Positions 45,512 to 56,982 are shown, numbered from the stretch's first letter. The stretch: DNA of 64,000 nt from Candidatus Poribacteria bacterium (GCA_963665845.2 OY762492.1:256001-320000), one strand, 5' to 3'. Notes: generated from the sequence alone by a model not told the origin. Translations and numbers: made by a program.

Positions 45512-47554
45512 TTACCGTCCGGGCGCGATCTCGTACCGGTGAAACTCCATCGTGTGCGAGCCGCGCCCCTGCGTCAGCGAGCGCAGCGTTGTCGCATACC
45601 GTTTCATTTCGGCAAGCGGCGCGTCGGCGCGGACGATCTCCAGTCCGCCCTGCGTTTCCACGCCGAGTATCTGAACGCGCCGGCTCGACAGGTCGCCGAG
45701 CGTCCGCCCTAGATACTCGGACGGAACGACCGCCTGCAGCCGCATGACAGGTTCTAAGAGCGCGGGCGAGGCTTTTCGCAGCGCGTTTTCAACAGCAATC
45801 GCCGCCGCGGCCGACATGGAGATTGTCTCCTGCGCCGCCGCCTCGTCAATGCGCGCCTCCACATCCTGGAGCGGGCATCCCTCCAGAACGCCTGTTGATA
45901 GGGCGTTGGCGGCGCCCTCCAGCGCGGCGGAGCGCAGCGCGGCAGAGACGGCGCCTTCAGGCGCGCCGAACGCGACCTGGTTTCCGGTTCCGCGCGGCAG
46001 CGGTTTCACGCGCGCATGCGCCTCCCCGAACAGCGTCCCATCCTCCGTCTTTTGCGTGAAGCGCCCGGACGCCTCCGCTTCCGCCCGTATCGTCTCCCGA
46101 TAGGAAACCTGCGGATCGGACGCGCGCGCCTCCACTTTAAACTCGCGCAGCAGCCGATCGACGATGATTTCAAGATGCAGTTCGCCCATGCCGGAGAGAA
46201 TCTGCTGCCCCGTTTCAGGGTCTTCGCGCGCCTCCAGCGTCGGGTCTTCCTGCAGCAGAATCTGGAGCGCGCGCACCATCTCTTCTTTGTCGCGGTCGGC
46301 GCGCGCCTCCAGCGCAATCGACATGACAGGTTCCGGCGCCTGTATCGCTTCCAGCAGGATCGGATGTTTCGGGTCGCACAGGGTGTCGCCGGTCGCCGTT
46401 TGGCGCGGTCCGATCAGCATGACGATGTCGCCCGCCTGCGCTGTAGCGGTCGACTCGCGCTGGTTGGCGTGGATGCGGACGATGCGCGTAATGCGTTCGC
46501 GCCGCTTGACGCGCGGGTTCAGCAGCTGGTCGCCCGTTCGGATTTGCCCTGAATAGACGCGGGCGAACGCCACTTTTTCAACATTCGGATCCGCCGCGAT
46601 TTTAAACGCCAGCGCCGCGGTCGGCTCCTCGTCTGCCGGCTTGCGCGTGAGCGGGTCGCCGGTCGTCGGATGAACGCCCTCAACAGGCGGTACATCCAGC
46701 GGGGAGGGGAGAAACTCGACGACCGCGTCCAAGAGCGGCTGCGCGCCGCGATTCCGCAAAACGGCTCCGCATAAAACAGGAAAAACGCCGCCCTTGATCG
46801 TCGCGGCGCGCAGCCCTTTTCGCATCTCGTTTGGGGTCAGGTTTTCCGTTTCTAGAAACGCCTCAATGAGCGCGTCGTCTTCCGATTCAACGGCGGCGGT
46901 TTCGGCAAGCTCCATACGCGCCGCTTCCGCCTCCTCGCGCATTTCGGAGGGTATCGGCGCCGCTTCGGCTCCCGCGTCATGCGCCCCAGCCTCTTCCGCC
47001 CAGAAGTAGGCGCGGTTCTCGATCAGATCGATATACCCTTTAAAAGCGTCTTCAGATCCGATCGGGAGATGAATCGGCGTCGGCTTTGCGTTGAGCCGTT
47101 CGCGCATGGAATCGAGCGCGCGGTAGAAATCCGCGCCAACCCTGTCCATCTTATTGATAAACACGATGCGCGGCACATTATACCGGTCTGCCTGCCTCCA
47201 TACCGTTTCCGTTTGCGGCTCAACGCCGCCGACGGCGCACATGACGACAACGCCGCCGTCCAGTATGCGCATGGAGCGTTCCACCTCGATGGTGAAGTCC
47301 ACATGCCCCGGCGTGTCGATCAGGTTGAGCGTGCGTCCTTTCCATTGGCACGAGGCGGCGGCGGAGGTGATCGTGATGCCGCGTTCGCGCTCCTGCTCCA
47401 TCCAGTCCATGTCGGCGGTTCCGTCGTCAACGGTTCCTAGTTTATGTTTCTTGCCGGTGTAGAACAGGATGCGCTCTGCGGTCGTCGTTTTCCCGGCGTC
47501 GATATGCGCCATGATGCCGAAGTTGCGCGTTTGGCGCAGCTGCTGGATGTTCAT
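45512..47554 (-). CDS. fusA: Elongation factor G paralogue
   Basis: [34 protein letters not shown]; domain IV divergent; not beside rpsL/rpsG/tuf. Confidence 0.85.
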   Translation of the reverse strand: MNIQQLRQTRNFGIMAHIDAGKTTTAERILFYTGKKHKLGTVDDGTADMDWMEQERERGITITSAAASCQWKGRTLNLIDTPGHVDFTIEVERSMRILDGGVVVMCAVGGVEPQTETVWRQADRYNVPRIVFINKMDRVGADFYRALDSMRERLNAKPTPIHLPIGSEDAFKGYIDLIENRAYFWAEEAGAHDAGAEAAPIPSEMREEAEAARMELAETAAVESEDDALIEAFLETENLTPNEMRKGLRAATIKGGVFPVLCGAVLRNRGAQPLLDAVVEFLPSPLDVPPVEGVHPTTGDPLTRKPADEEPTAALAFKIAADPNVEKVAFARVYSGQIRTGDQLLNPRVKRRERITRIVRIHANQRESTATAQAGDIVMLIGPRQTATGDTLCDPKHPILLEAIQAPEPVMSIALEARADRDKEEMVRALQILLQEDPTLEAREDPETGQQILSGMGELHLEIIVDRLLREFKVEARASDPQVSYRETIRAEAEASGRFTQKTEDGTLFGEAHARVKPLPRGTGNQVAFGAPEGAVSAALRSAALEGAANALSTGVLEGCPLQDVEARIDEAAAQETISMSAAAAIAVENALRKASPALLEPVMRLQAVVPSEYLGRTLGDLSSRRVQILGVETQGGLEIVRADAPLAEMKRYATTLRSLTQGRGSHTMEFHRYEIAPGR

Positions 47555-48180
47555 GATCTTTTCCCCTCCGCCTCTGCGTTATGACGCTCCCCGCCGCGCA
47601 TGTAAAGTCGGTTTTTATGAATGTACTTCTCAACGGCGGCGGGCGTTCGATATCGAATCGACCGCCCCTCCCGGACGCGCCGGCGGATGTCGGTCGCGGA
47701 CAGATCAACCGCTGTCATTTCAAACAGCTCCGTCTTTTCTAAAACCCATTTCGGGGCGCGCGACAGGTCGTAATTCGGCCGCGTGACGGCGATGAACCTG
47801 CATAGGTCCAGCAGCGCGTCATGGTCGCGCCAGATTTCAAACTCGATGAGCGAATCGGCGCCGATGATCCATGAGAGAGTCGCGTCGTTTCCGTAGGCGT
47901 TCAAAAACTCGCGCGCCGTGTCGATGGCGTAGGATTTGCCTTGCCGGTCGATTTCGGAGCGGGAGATGCGAAAAGCGGGATGCCCCTGAATCGCAAGCCG
48001 CGTCATCTCATATCGATGTTCTGGGGAGGCGCGGTTCGGGTCGTCCAGCTTATGAGGCGGTCTGGCAGCCGGCAGAAACCAGAATTCGTCAAACTGGTAC
48101 GCCTCCAGCGCTTCTTCGGCGCAGATGAGATGCCCGTAATGGATCGGGTCAAAAGTGCCTCCGTAGATCGCTAGGCGCAT
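47551..48180 (-). CDS. nadD: Nicotinate-nucleotide adenylyltransferase
   Basis: [24 protein letters not shown]. Confidence 0.95.
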   Translation of the reverse strand: MRLAIYGGTFDPIHYGHLICAEEALEAYQFDEFWFLPAARPPHKLDDPNRASPEHRYEMTRLAIQGHPAFRISRSEIDRQGKSYAIDTAREFLNAYGNDATLSWIIGADSLIEFEIWRDHDALLDLCRFIAVTRPNYDLSRAPKWVLEKTELFEMTAVDLSATDIRRRVREGRSIRYRTPAAVEKYIHKNRLYMRGGERHNAEAEGKRS

Positions 48181-48195
48181 GCGCGTCCCGCCGTC

Positions 48196-49083
48196 TCAAT
48201 CGTCTTTGCCGCGCTCATGGATGTCGCGCATTTTTCGCGCCAGGGCGATCATCTCATTTGTGAACGGCGGCTTCGGCACGGCGATGACGATATTGACCAG
48301 TAAATCGCCGACCTTCCGCCCTTTTTTCACGCCCCGTCCGACAAGCCGCAGCTTCTGCCCCGCCTGCGCCCCCTTCGGTATGTTGATATTGACCGGCCCG
48401 TCCAGCGTTTCGATGCGCGCCTTGCCGCCGAGGATGGCGGTTGTGAACGGCGTCTCCAGGTCGGCGATGATATTCAGCCCCTCCCGCCGATACTGCGGAT
48501 GCTCCTTGACATGGACAGCGACGCGCAGACTGCCCGGCGGTCCGCCGTTCGTTCCAGGGTAACCTGCGCCTTCGACCCGCAGCGTTTTTCCGCTTTCGAT
48601 GCCGGCGGGGATATTGAGCCGAATGCGCTTCGTCTCTTTTCCGCGCTTCACGACAAGCGTTTTTTCAACGCCTTTCAGCGACTCAAACAGGTCGATGGAG
48701 AGATCATGTTGAACGTCCGCGCCTCGGGCGGGCGTTTTCGGCTCCTGCTGGGCGGACGACGCGCGGTCTCGGCGCAGGTTGCCGACCAGATCGCCGAAGA
48801 CGTCTCCAAACCGCGTGAAGATGTCGCTCGTTCTGTCGAAGCCCTGGAAATCGTACTGCTGAAAATTGCCGACGCGAAGCTGGCGGTCGTATTTTGCGCG
48901 TTCTTTCGGGTCGCTTAGAACGGCGTACGCCTCGGACAGCTCCTTGAAGACCGCTTCAGCCCGTTTGCCCTTGTTTTTATCGGGATGATTTTCAAACGCC
49001 AGTCTTCGAAAGGCTTTTTTGATTTCGTCCTGTCCGGCGGTTCGTTTGACGCCCAAGACTTCGTAATAGTCGCGTTTTGGCAT
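48196..49083 (-). CDS. Class B J-domain protein (CbpA/DnaJ-like, no zinc finger)
   Basis: [11 protein letters not shown] motif, DnaJ C-terminal domain. Confidence 0.92.
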   Translation of the reverse strand: MPKRDYYEVLGVKRTAGQDEIKKAFRRLAFENHPDKNKGKRAEAVFKELSEAYAVLSDPKERAKYDRQLRVGNFQQYDFQGFDRTSDIFTRFGDVFGDLVGNLRRDRASSAQQEPKTPARGADVQHDLSIDLFESLKGVEKTLVVKRGKETKRIRLNIPAGIESGKTLRVEGAGYPGTNGGPPGSLRVAVHVKEHPQYRREGLNIIADLETPFTTAILGGKARIETLDGPVNINIPKGAQAGQKLRLVGRGVKKGRKVGDLLVNIVIAVPKPPFTNEMIALARKMRDIHERGKDD

Positions 49084-49092
49084 GGAACCGCC

Positions 49093-49335
49093 TTAGCTGT
49101 CGACGATGTCGCCTACGATTGGCTCAACCTCTACGCCGAGGTCTCGCATATACTCTTCTGCGCGGGTCAGCGCGTCCTCGTCGCCGCTGATCTCTAGGAC
49201 GACCCAGCCGGCGCTGTTTTCGACGTTGGCGCGGCGGATGTTGGTTACGACTTGGAAGTTCACGCCGACATTGTAGATGACCGGCTCTTTGACCAGCTTT
49301 GTTGGGAACGTCAATCGTACCCTGCGGGAAGGCAT
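49093..49335 (-). CDS. NIL-domain small protein
   Basis: LTFP....EPVIY, TNIRRANV, GWVVLE; AAGGAG RBS. Confidence 0.85.
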   Translation of the reverse strand: MPSRRVRLTFPTKLVKEPVIYNVGVNFQVVTNIRRANVENSAGWVVLEISGDEDALTRAEEYMRDLGVEVEPIVGDIVDS

Positions 49336-49494
49336 GCTGTTCTCCTTGCGTTGAATGCGCGTCAAGTTACATTATGAAGCATGCCGCGCCAAACTGCAAG
49401 CGCGGCTGCAGATTCTTGGTGATTTGCGCGCCGCGCTGTGATGCGGTAAGATATGCCCATAGAGAATGTTCCATCATAACAAAGGCGGAACGAC

Positions 49495-49923
49495 ATGCGT
49501 AAACCAAAAGACCGAGAAACCGAACGGCTGGATGTCCGTCAGGAGCTGGAAGCGTTGAAAGAACGGCTCTATGAAGACAGCGCCGAGCAGACGCAAACGA
49601 CGCTGACCGCGGCGCGGAAGCGCATGGACGCGATACGCGCGCAGCTTCAAGAAAAAAACAGCCAAGCCGCTGACCTTGAACGCCCCGTCCGCGTTCCCGT
49701 CCCCGACAAGCGGTTGGATCCCGATTTCATGAGCGGCGAACCGGCGGAGAGCGAAGAAGCGGACGCCGCCTCCAACAGCATTCTGTCGCCGATGGAGGAC
49801 CGCGCCATTCTTTTGCGGCGGAAAGCGGAACTGAAACGGCGCGCCAGGAAAAGTCGGCAGCCGCAGGAACCGGACCCGTCCGTGCGATGGGTGTCGATGG
49901 ACGAGCCTGAAGAGAACTCGTAG
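49495..49923 (+). CDS. Hypothetical charged coiled-coil protein
   Basis: 142-aa ORF with RBS-like GGCGGA, co-oriented with the next two genes. Confidence 0.6.
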   Translation: MRKPKDRETERLDVRQELEALKERLYEDSAEQTQTTLTAARKRMDAIRAQLQEKNSQAADLERPVRVPVPDKRLDPDFMSGEPAESEEADAASNSILSPMEDRAILLRRKAELKRRARKSRQPQEPDPSVRWVSMDEPEENS

Positions 49924-49941
49924 ACGAGACAGGGAAACGCG

Positions 49942-51072
49942 ATGTACGATTGGCGCCCCGTTGAGAATCTGGACGATGTGTTCACTCCCGCGCTGCTTTT
50001 TGACGTTGAGCGGATTCAGTTCAACATACGGCGCGCCGTGGAGATGGTCGGCGGAGAGACGCATCGGCTGCGCCCGCATGTGAAAACGCACAAATGCCCC
50101 GAAATCGTCCGGCGGGCGTTGAGCGCCGGCATTTCCAAGCACAAATGCGCGACGCTTCGGGAGGCGCAGACGCTTGCCGACTGCGGCGCCGAAGATGTCC
50201 TGATTGCTTATCAGATGGTCGGACCGAACGCGGGAGCGTTGGCGCGCCTCATCGCGGAGCGTCCAGAAACGCGCTTTAGCAGCGTTGTGGACGACCTCTC
50301 CGCCGCGCGCGGGCTGAATACAGCGGCGGAGCGGCAGGGCGTCCGCGCCGATGTGTGGATCGATCTGGACGTCGGAATGGGGCGCACCGGCATCGCGCCG
50401 GACGAGCGCGCCGTTCAGCTGTGCCGGCGGCTGCGCAGTCTTGAAAACCTGCGGCTGCGCGGGCTGCATGCGTACGACGGACACAACCGCGCCTCGGATG
50501 TAGACGAACGGCGCCGAACGACTGAAGAGATACTGGCAGTTGTGCGGCGGCTGCGCGGACGTCTGGAACGGGTCGGCTTTCCGGACTTGTCGATTGCGGC
50601 GGGAGGAACGCCGCCGTTTCCGTTTTACGCCGCTCAATCGGATGTTGAAGCGTCGCCCGGCACCTTTGCGCTGCATGACCATGGTTACAGCTCTCGGCTC
50701 CCGGATTTAGGATTTGCGCCGGCGGCTGCGTTGGCGACGCGGATCATCTCGCGCCCGCGCCCGAACGTTGTCTGCGTCGATCTGGGGCATAAGGCGATTG
50801 CGGCGGACCCGTCTGGGGAGCGCGGCGTTGTCCTGAACATGCCGGACGCCGAGGTTGGACCGCAAAGCGAGGAGCATTGGACAATACGAACCCCGCCGCA
50901 CAACGCGCTTCCGCGGCAGGCGGACAGCGGAAACGACCTGAAAGTGGGCGACGCGCTCTATATCTGTCCGACGCATATCTGCCCGACGGTCGCGCTCCAT
51001 AAGCGGGCGCTGACGGTTGAAAACGGCGTCATAACAGGCGCATGGGATATTGAAAGGGAGAGGCTGGGATGA
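49942..51072 (+). CDS. D-threonine aldolase-like PLP-dependent enzyme (fold III)
   Basis: RPHVKTHK, GMGRTG, HAYDGH, SEEH, HICPTVAL. Confidence 0.92.
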   Translation: MYDWRPVENLDDVFTPALLFDVERIQFNIRRAVEMVGGETHRLRPHVKTHKCPEIVRRALSAGISKHKCATLREAQTLADCGAEDVLIAYQMVGPNAGALARLIAERPETRFSSVVDDLSAARGLNTAAERQGVRADVWIDLDVGMGRTGIAPDERAVQLCRRLRSLENLRLRGLHAYDGHNRASDVDERRRTTEEILAVVRRLRGRLERVGFPDLSIAAGGTPPFPFYAAQSDVEASPGTFALHDHGYSSRLPDLGFAPAAALATRIISRPRPNVVCVDLGHKAIAADPSGERGVVLNMPDAEVGPQSEEHWTIRTPPHNALPRQADSGNDLKVGDALYICPTHICPTVALHKRALTVENGVITGAWDIERERLG

Positions 51073-51758
51073 AACGAAGCGTTGTATGGACGGCGGCATG
51101 GCTTGCGGCTGCATTGTTGACGGCGGGATGCGGCGGCTCGAAGCGGAGGAACACTGCGGTAGTGGAAAATGTCGGCATGCCGAAGCCGTTCACTTTAAAC
51201 AACCTTGCCGGCGAGAGCCGTTCGTATGATGAGTATGCAAAAAAAGAGGCGCTGCTGCTCTGTTTTTTTGAAACAACGCAGAAGCCCTCCGTTGACCAAG
51301 TCGATACCATCAGCAAGGTTTCCAATGCGTATAAAGACAAGCTGGCGGTTGCGGCGGTCGCGCTGGACGCACACACGGAGGCGGTGCGGGAGTATGCGGG
51401 CGAACAGAGTTTCAACTTCGATGTTCTGATCGGATCGCAGGATCAACTTCGGGCGGTCGCCGAGGATTACGGCGGGGCAAATTATCTGCCGACGACGCTT
51501 GTTGTGCGCGGGGGGCTGATTATCAAGCGTTTTATTGGTTACGCCGACGAGCGGGCGATAGAGGGCGTTTTGCCGGATCCTCCATCTCAAAAAAAGAAAA
51601 AGAAACAGCCCAAGGCGGAAGAAGCGGCAAACGAACCCGCAGAGCAAGCGGAGGAGCCGGCGTCAGACGAGCCAAAAACAAAGCCAAATCAAAAAGCAAA
51701 GAACGCGCGGAGAAACAGAAGAGCAGGGGCAAAAAAGCAGGGGCAGTCCAACAATTAG
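51069..51758 (+). CDS. Redoxin/TlpA-fold lipoprotein lacking CxxC
   Basis: Lipobox LTAGC, FTL.NL.G, YLPTT.VV; Lys-rich tail. Confidence 0.7.
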   Translation: MKRSVVWTAAWLAAALLTAGCGGSKRRNTAVVENVGMPKPFTLNNLAGESRSYDEYAKKEALLLCFFETTQKPSVDQVDTISKVSNAYKDKLAVAAVALDAHTEAVREYAGEQSFNFDVLIGSQDQLRAVAEDYGGANYLPTTLVVRGGLIIKRFIGYADERAIEGVLPDPPSQKKKKKQPKAEEAANEPAEQAEEPASDEPKTKPNQKAKNARRNRRAGAKKQGQSNN

Positions 51759-51768
51759 CAAGCAGTCG

Positions 51769-52145
51769 GATTCCCCTGAAAAAGGGGTTTGACCAGATTC
51801 CCCCTTGAAAAGGGGGGCTGGGGGGTTTAAAGCGCGCGGGTTGCGCTTGGTTTTGAACTAAGATTTTCAGGATGGATAGGATTTTCAGGATTTGGGGAAT
51901 GCGGCGTATCGGCTTTCGCAAACCTCATGTTAATCTTTTCAATCCTGGCAATCCTAGTTCAGACGGAATCGGGGTTGACGCCGAATGTTGAACGCAGACA
52001 TCTTCTGCGGCGCCTCTGGATTCCCGCGCGTTTTACCGCAAGGGCGGGAATGACGGCCGGGGATGCGGCATGTCAAGGGAGGCGTATCGGCATCCAGCAA
52101 TTCTCCTGGCAATCTTTTCAATCATGGCAACCCTAGTTCAGACGG
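51769..52145. repeat. Intergenic repeat cluster (modules C, D, long A) between convergent genes
   Basis: cccccttgaaaagggggg; gattttcaggat tandem; aatcctggcaatcctagttcagacgg twice; long A at 52019-52053. Confidence 0.8.
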
Positions 52146-52156
52146 CGTATGCGGAT

Positions 52157-52924
52157 TCACCAGAGAACCCGTTTTAGAAACGCCTGCGTCCGCTCATGTT
52201 TTGGATCGCGCAGCAGCTCTCTTGGGTTGCCCTGCTCCACAATCTGCCCGTCGTCCATGAAGATGAGGCGGTCGCCGACCTCCTCCCCGAACCGCACCTC
52301 GTGCGTTACGATCAGCATCGTCATGCCTTCGTCGGCAAGCCGCTTCATCGCTTCCAGCACCTCATACACCAGCTCTGGATCCAGCGCGGAGGTGACCTCG
52401 TCAAACAGCATCACCTTCGGGTCCATCGCCAACGCCCGCGCAATGGCGACGCGCTGCTGCTGCCCGCCGGAGAGCTGACTCGGGTAGGCGTCCGCTTTCT
52501 CCTCTAGCCCGACCTGTTTCAAGAGCCGCCGCGCCTTCCGCTCCGCCTCTTCGCGCGGGTGTTTCAAGGCGAGGCGCGGAGCTAAGGCGACATTTTCAAG
52601 CGCGGTTCGATGCGGGAACAGGTTGAACCGCTGAAAGACCATGCCGACTTCAGCGCGCACTTTGTTGATGTCGGTCGTTTTTTCGTTTAAGACCTTTCCG
52701 TCGATGGCGACCTCTCCAGAATCGGGCCGCTCCAGCCAGTTGACGCAGCGCAGCAGCGTCGATTTTCCGGAGCCGCTGGGACCGATAATGACCGCCTTTT
52801 CGCCAGGGTAAACCTCCAGCGAGACATCTTTTAAGACCTTCAGGCTGCCGAACGATTTATGCAGACCGCGAATGGAGACGAGCGGATTCAGCGCGAAACC
52901 CCCTTTTTTCAAGGATACGGGCAA
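52157..52924 (-). CDS. Polar amino acid ABC transporter ATP-binding protein (GlnQ-like)
   Basis: [28 protein letters not shown]; true start may be slightly downstream. Confidence 0.93.
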   Translation of the reverse strand: MPVSLKKGGFALNPLVSIRGLHKSFGSLKVLKDVSLEVYPGEKAVIIGPSGSGKSTLLRCVNWLERPDSGEVAIDGKVLNEKTTDINKVRAEVGMVFQRFNLFPHRTALENVALAPRLALKHPREEAERKARRLLKQVGLEEKADAYPSQLSGGQQQRVAIARALAMDPKVMLFDEVTSALDPELVYEVLEAMKRLADEGMTMLIVTHEVRFGEEVGDRLIFMDDGQIVEQGNPRELLRDPKHERTQAFLKRVLW

Positions 52925-53612
52925 TGTAGGAGAGGCACAGCGTTAAACAGAGATAGACGCAGCCGAGCAAGGAGTACACATAAAACACATCGTAGGTTAA
53001 AGCGACCTCGCGGCGCGCTAGCTGGGTGATTTCAGGAATGGCGACTACGGAGGCTAGGGAGGTGTCTTTGAGAAGGGCGACCGCGTCGTTGACCAGGGCG
53101 GGGAGAACGTTGCGCGCCGCTTGAGGAAGAATCACATACGCCATCGTTTGCGTTGAGTTGAGACCTAAGGCGCGCGCCGCTTCGCTCTGTCCGTCGTCGA
53201 CCGACTCGATGCCGGCGCGAAACGTTTCGGCGAGATAAGCTCCGTAGCATGCGGCGAAGGCGGCGACCGTCAGCCAGAAATCGTTCAGCTTCCATCCGGG
53301 CGCCGCGCTGGGGAGGCCGTACACGACGAAGAGCAGCGTCACCAGAAGAGGAACGCCGCGCAGCGTTTCGATATACGCCGCGCACGGCAAGCGCAGGAGG
53401 CGGTGTCGGGAGAGGCGCGCCGCCGCCAGAAGCAGACCGATCGGCAGCGCGAGCAGCATGGAGCAGACCATCAGCGCCGCCGTCCACTGCAAACCGCCCA
53501 GCAGGTATTGTAAGGTGTCCGCCGCTTCGCGTATCTTTGCCGCCGTCCACTGCAAACCGCCCAGCAGGTATTGTAAGGTGTCCGCCGCTTCGCGTATCGT
53601 TTCAAAGTTCAT
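52857..53612 (-). CDS. Polar amino acid ABC transporter permease
   Basis: [27 protein letters not shown]. Confidence 0.92.
   Translation of the reverse strand: MNFETIREAADTLQYLLGGLQWTAAKIREAADTLQYLLGGLQWTAALMVCSMLLALPIGLLLAAARLSRHRLLRLPCAAYIETLRGVPLLVTLLFVVYGLPSAAPGWKLNDFWLTVAAFAACYGAYLAETFRAGIESVDDGQSEAARALGLNSTQTMAYVILPQAARNVLPALVNDAVALLKDTSLASVVAIPEITQLARREVALTYDVFYVYSLLGCVYLCLTLCLSYIARILEKRGFRAESARLHSRSA
53476..53598. repeat. Exact 60-bp tandem duplication (63-bp period) inside the permease gene
   Basis: 53476-53535 equals 53539-53598; encodes [20 protein letters not shown] twice. Confidence 0.95.
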
Positions 53613-53627
53613 TGCCGCGCGCCGTTT

Positions 53628-55082
53628 TCAGTCAAAATGCAGGTAAACGGTCTTGATCTGGGTATAAAACTCGACCGCCGCGCTGCCCTGTTCGCGCGTT
53701 CCGGTGCTGGAGCCTTTATACCCGCCGAACGGAACCTGCACCTCCGCGCCCGCCGTCTGCGCGTTCACATGGACAAGACCCGCCTCGATTCGGTTGATGT
53801 ATTCGAACGTCCGCTGGAGATCGCCTGTAACGATGCTGGCGGACAAGCCGTATTCAACATCGTTTGCGGCGTCCATCGCCTCGTCAAACTCGGTGAACGG
53901 CATGACAGCGACGACGGGACCGAAGATTTCCTCCTGGGCGATGCGCATGCCGCTGCGAACGCCGGTGAAGACGGTCGGCTCTACGTAGTAGCCCTTGTCG
54001 TAGTCGCCGCCGGTCAGGCGCCGTCCGCCAGCGACGATGTCGGCGCCCTCGTTTTTGCCGATTTCGATGTAGCCTAAGATGCTTTTCAGCTGCCGTTCAT
54101 CGACGGCGGGACCGATCTGCGTACCCTCTTTTGAGCCGTCGCCGACCTTCAGCCCGTTCACTTTTTCGATGAGCAGGTCGGTGAACGCCCGCTCTAATGA
54201 GCGGTGTACAAAGACGCGGCTGGTGGCGGTGCATTTTTGCCCGGTCGACCACATGGCGCCGGCGACGACCGTGTCGACCGCTTTGTCGATGTCGGCGTCT
54301 TCTAGAACGATGACCGGGTTTTTGCCCCCCATTTCGCATTGGCATTTGGCGCCGCGTCCGGTGACGGCTCCGTAGAGGCGCGTTCCGACCGCGTTGGAGC
54401 CGGTGAACGAAACCGCTTTGACGGCGGGGTTCATCGCCAGCTCGTCTCCGACAGCGCTGCCCGGACCGGTTACAAGGTTCAGCGTCCCAGGCGGCAGCCC
54501 CGCGTCTTCCAACGCGCGCGCCAGATGGACGCTGGAAATCGGCGCCAGCGAGGCGGGCTTTAAGACGACCGTATTTCCAGCGACGAGAGCGGGAAGCGCC
54601 TTCCATGCGGGTATGGCGATGGGAAAGTTCCACGGCGTGATGAGACCGACGACGCCAAGCGGCTCTTTGACGGTGTACAGAAAGGTGTTCGGCTGCCCTG
54701 ACGGGTAGGTTTCGCCGGTTAAGCGGCGCGCTTCGCCGGCGTACCATTCCAGCAGTTCAACGGCGCGGAGCGTTTCGCCCTTGCCTTCGGGGAGCGTTTT
54801 GCCTTCTTCGCGGGTCAGGTCGCGCCCGACCTCTTCGGCGCGCGCTTCCAGTATCTGCGCCGCTTTGAAAAGGATCTTGCCGCGCGCGGGGGCGGACATG
54901 GCGCGCCACGCCGGCAGCGCCTCTTCAGCCGCCTTGATGGCCGCCAACACATCCTCCCGCGCCGATTCTGGATGCGTCCCGACCGTCTCCGAGATGTCCG
55001 CCGGGTTGATGTTTTCAAAGACGGCGCCGCTCTGCGCGTCTATCCATTCGCCGCCGATGTAATTTTGGTACGCTTCAGCCAT
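53628..55082 (-). CDS. Aldehyde dehydrogenase (alpha-ketoglutaric semialdehyde dehydrogenase-like)
   Basis: ITPWNFP, FTGS, EMGGKN, GQKCTA, EEIFGP. Confidence 0.93.
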   Translation of the reverse strand: MAEAYQNYIGGEWIDAQSGAVFENINPADISETVGTHPESAREDVLAAIKAAEEALPAWRAMSAPARGKILFKAAQILEARAEEVGRDLTREEGKTLPEGKGETLRAVELLEWYAGEARRLTGETYPSGQPNTFLYTVKEPLGVVGLITPWNFPIAIPAWKALPALVAGNTVVLKPASLAPISSVHLARALEDAGLPPGTLNLVTGPGSAVGDELAMNPAVKAVSFTGSNAVGTRLYGAVTGRGAKCQCEMGGKNPVIVLEDADIDKAVDTVVAGAMWSTGQKCTATSRVFVHRSLERAFTDLLIEKVNGLKVGDGSKEGTQIGPAVDERQLKSILGYIEIGKNEGADIVAGGRRLTGGDYDKGYYVEPTVFTGVRSGMRIAQEEIFGPVVAVMPFTEFDEAMDAANDVEYGLSASIVTGDLQRTFEYINRIEAGLVHVNAQTAGAEVQVPFGGYKGSSTGTREQGSAAVEFYTQIKTVYLHFD

Positions 55083-55098
55083 GCTCTCCCTTTCGCTG

Positions 55099-55443
55099 TT
55101 AGCCGGGCGGCCAGGACAACGCGCGCCCGCCCAGAATATGTATGTGTAGATGATGCACTGTTTGGCCGCCATGTCCGCCGTGGTTGACGACGAGGCGGTA
55201 CCCGTCCTCCGCCAGACCTAAATCCGCTGCGACCTGCGCCGCTGTTGTGAACAGCTTGCCGATGAGCGGCGCGTCCGAGTCGCTGATGTCCGCAATCGTC
55301 GCAATCGGTTTTTTCGGTATGACGAGAACATGCGTCGGCGCCTGCGGGTTGATGTCCTTGAACGCGAGCGTCTGCTCATCCTCATGGACGATGTCGGCGG
55401 GAATCTCTTTACGGATGATCTTGTCAAAAATGGTCTCTGCCAT
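55099..55443 (-). CDS. hinT: Histidine triad nucleotide-binding protein
   Basis: DINPQAP.H, GQTV.HLHIH, WPPG. Confidence 0.93.
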   Translation of the reverse strand: MAETIFDKIIRKEIPADIVHEDEQTLAFKDINPQAPTHVLVIPKKPIATIADISDSDAPLIGKLFTTAAQVAADLGLAEDGYRLVVNHGGHGGQTVHHLHIHILGGRALSWPPG

Positions 55444-55452
55444 GGGCGTCTC

Positions 55453-56982
55453 CTATCGGTTTTTTGACCATTCCGCCGCGGCGCGAAAGGCGGCAAGCGG
55501 TTCCGCAAAGTCAGGCAGGCGAAGCAGCTTCTGCGCCTCGGCGACATACCCGCTTCGCTTCATTCCGTTTAACACGACCGAGACGCCCGATGTTGACGCG
55601 GCGGCGTTCAAGGCGAGTTCGCTCAAGGTCAAGCCGTCCGCGGAGGAGCCAAGCGCTTGGGTCAAGGCGGCGCAAAGCGGGGCGCGCTTCTCCGCGTCGC
55701 GCCTGTTGAGCTGGCTCACCGACGCATGCGCCATCGCCTGTATCGCCGCCGCGTACCGTTTTTTTAAAGATGTCCATTCGTCCCGCCGCCGCTCATCGAT
55801 CTGCTTTTCCGCTTCCAGCGCGGCTGACATGGCGGCGGGGGCGAGATAACGCTCAAACAGATGAATCCAGTCGCTTGCCGATTCTGTTTTTGGGTAAAGC
55901 CGCTTTGCCGTTTCGCCGATGCGAAAGCTTTTTTCAGGTTGAGTTACGGCGCGCCATTTTCGTAATGTCAAGTGGATGTCCCGCTCAACAGACGCCGCCG
56001 CCGCAAAGGTTTCAAGAGGCGCCGGCGCGTTCTCATCCGACGGATAGACCGCTAAACGGAACAGCGAGTCGTCTACAATCGCGTTCAAAGGGCGGTTGAC
56101 AAAAACAGCGATCTCGTTCTCCTGCGCGAGCTGTAAAAATGTCCGCCCGTCTTCAGCGGCCTGCTCATAGACGGCGCCCGTTTCAAGCAGGTTGAACGGC
56201 AGCTGCGCCGCGGCGAAACGCCCGCCGAACGTCAGCAGCCGCTCCAGCGACACATGGGTCGGGTCGTTCATCGGCGCGGCGAATGTGTTGGAGGAGACGC
56301 CGTACCAACCGATGAGACCCTCCTCCGCAAACCGCTCCATCGTTTCAAAGGCGCGCTGGACGCGCTCATAAAACGCCTCCCGCGCCTCATTTAAGGGGAC
56401 GCCCCGTTTTGCCGCATGCGAGAGAAAATACTCTGGGTTATGCAATAGCAAAAAATCGAGACGCTCCAGACGCAGCCGTTCCAGCGACCGCTCCAGCTCC
56501 TCCTCAAGCCAGACAGGATGAATGCAATGCCAAAGCCCGTCCGCGTATGTAACCATCTCTGGATAAGGGGCGCCGTCCGCTTCCGCCTGCCGCGCCCGTT
56601 CGTAGTTGGAACCTTGAACATAACCCGCCTTGCTGACGATGATCGTTTCAGAACGCTCGATTTTTTCATGTTGAATCAGCGTTGTCAGCGTCTCGCCGAT
56701 AAGCCGTTCCGACAGCCCGTCTGCATAGTTGGTGGAGGTGTCGATCAGATTGCAGCCGGCGGCGAGCGCGTCCGCAAGCGTTTGCCGATGCTCCTGGATG
56801 TCCGCCCGCGCGCGGTAGGCTCCGTAGCCGATCTTGGCGGCGCGCAGACCTGTCTTGCCGAGGGCGCGTACCGCGTCCGGATGGACGGGCGGAAAGAGGC
56901 GGCTCTCTCTCTCGCCGCCCGGTTCCGCCCATCCTCGGATGCGTTTCTCGTTCGCTGCTGTCAGGTTGCCCACACGTTCCAT
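55453..56982 (-). CDS. Aldo/keto reductase family protein
   Basis: LGKTG, IDTSTNY.DG.SE, SKAG, SLERL, LLHNPE. Confidence 0.85.
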   Translation of the reverse strand: MERVGNLTAANEKRIRGWAEPGGERESRLFPPVHPDAVRALGKTGLRAAKIGYGAYRARADIQEHRQTLADALAAGCNLIDTSTNYADGLSERLIGETLTTLIQHEKIERSETIIVSKAGYVQGSNYERARQAEADGAPYPEMVTYADGLWHCIHPVWLEEELERSLERLRLERLDFLLLHNPEYFLSHAAKRGVPLNEAREAFYERVQRAFETMERFAEEGLIGWYGVSSNTFAAPMNDPTHVSLERLLTFGGRFAAAQLPFNLLETGAVYEQAAEDGRTFLQLAQENEIAVFVNRPLNAIVDDSLFRLAVYPSDENAPAPLETFAAAASVERDIHLTLRKWRAVTQPEKSFRIGETAKRLYPKTESASDWIHLFERYLAPAAMSAALEAEKQIDERRRDEWTSLKKRYAAAIQAMAHASVSQLNRRDAEKRAPLCAALTQALGSSADGLTLSELALNAAASTSGVSVVLNGMKRSGYVAEAQKLLRLPDFAEPLAAFRAAAEWSKNR

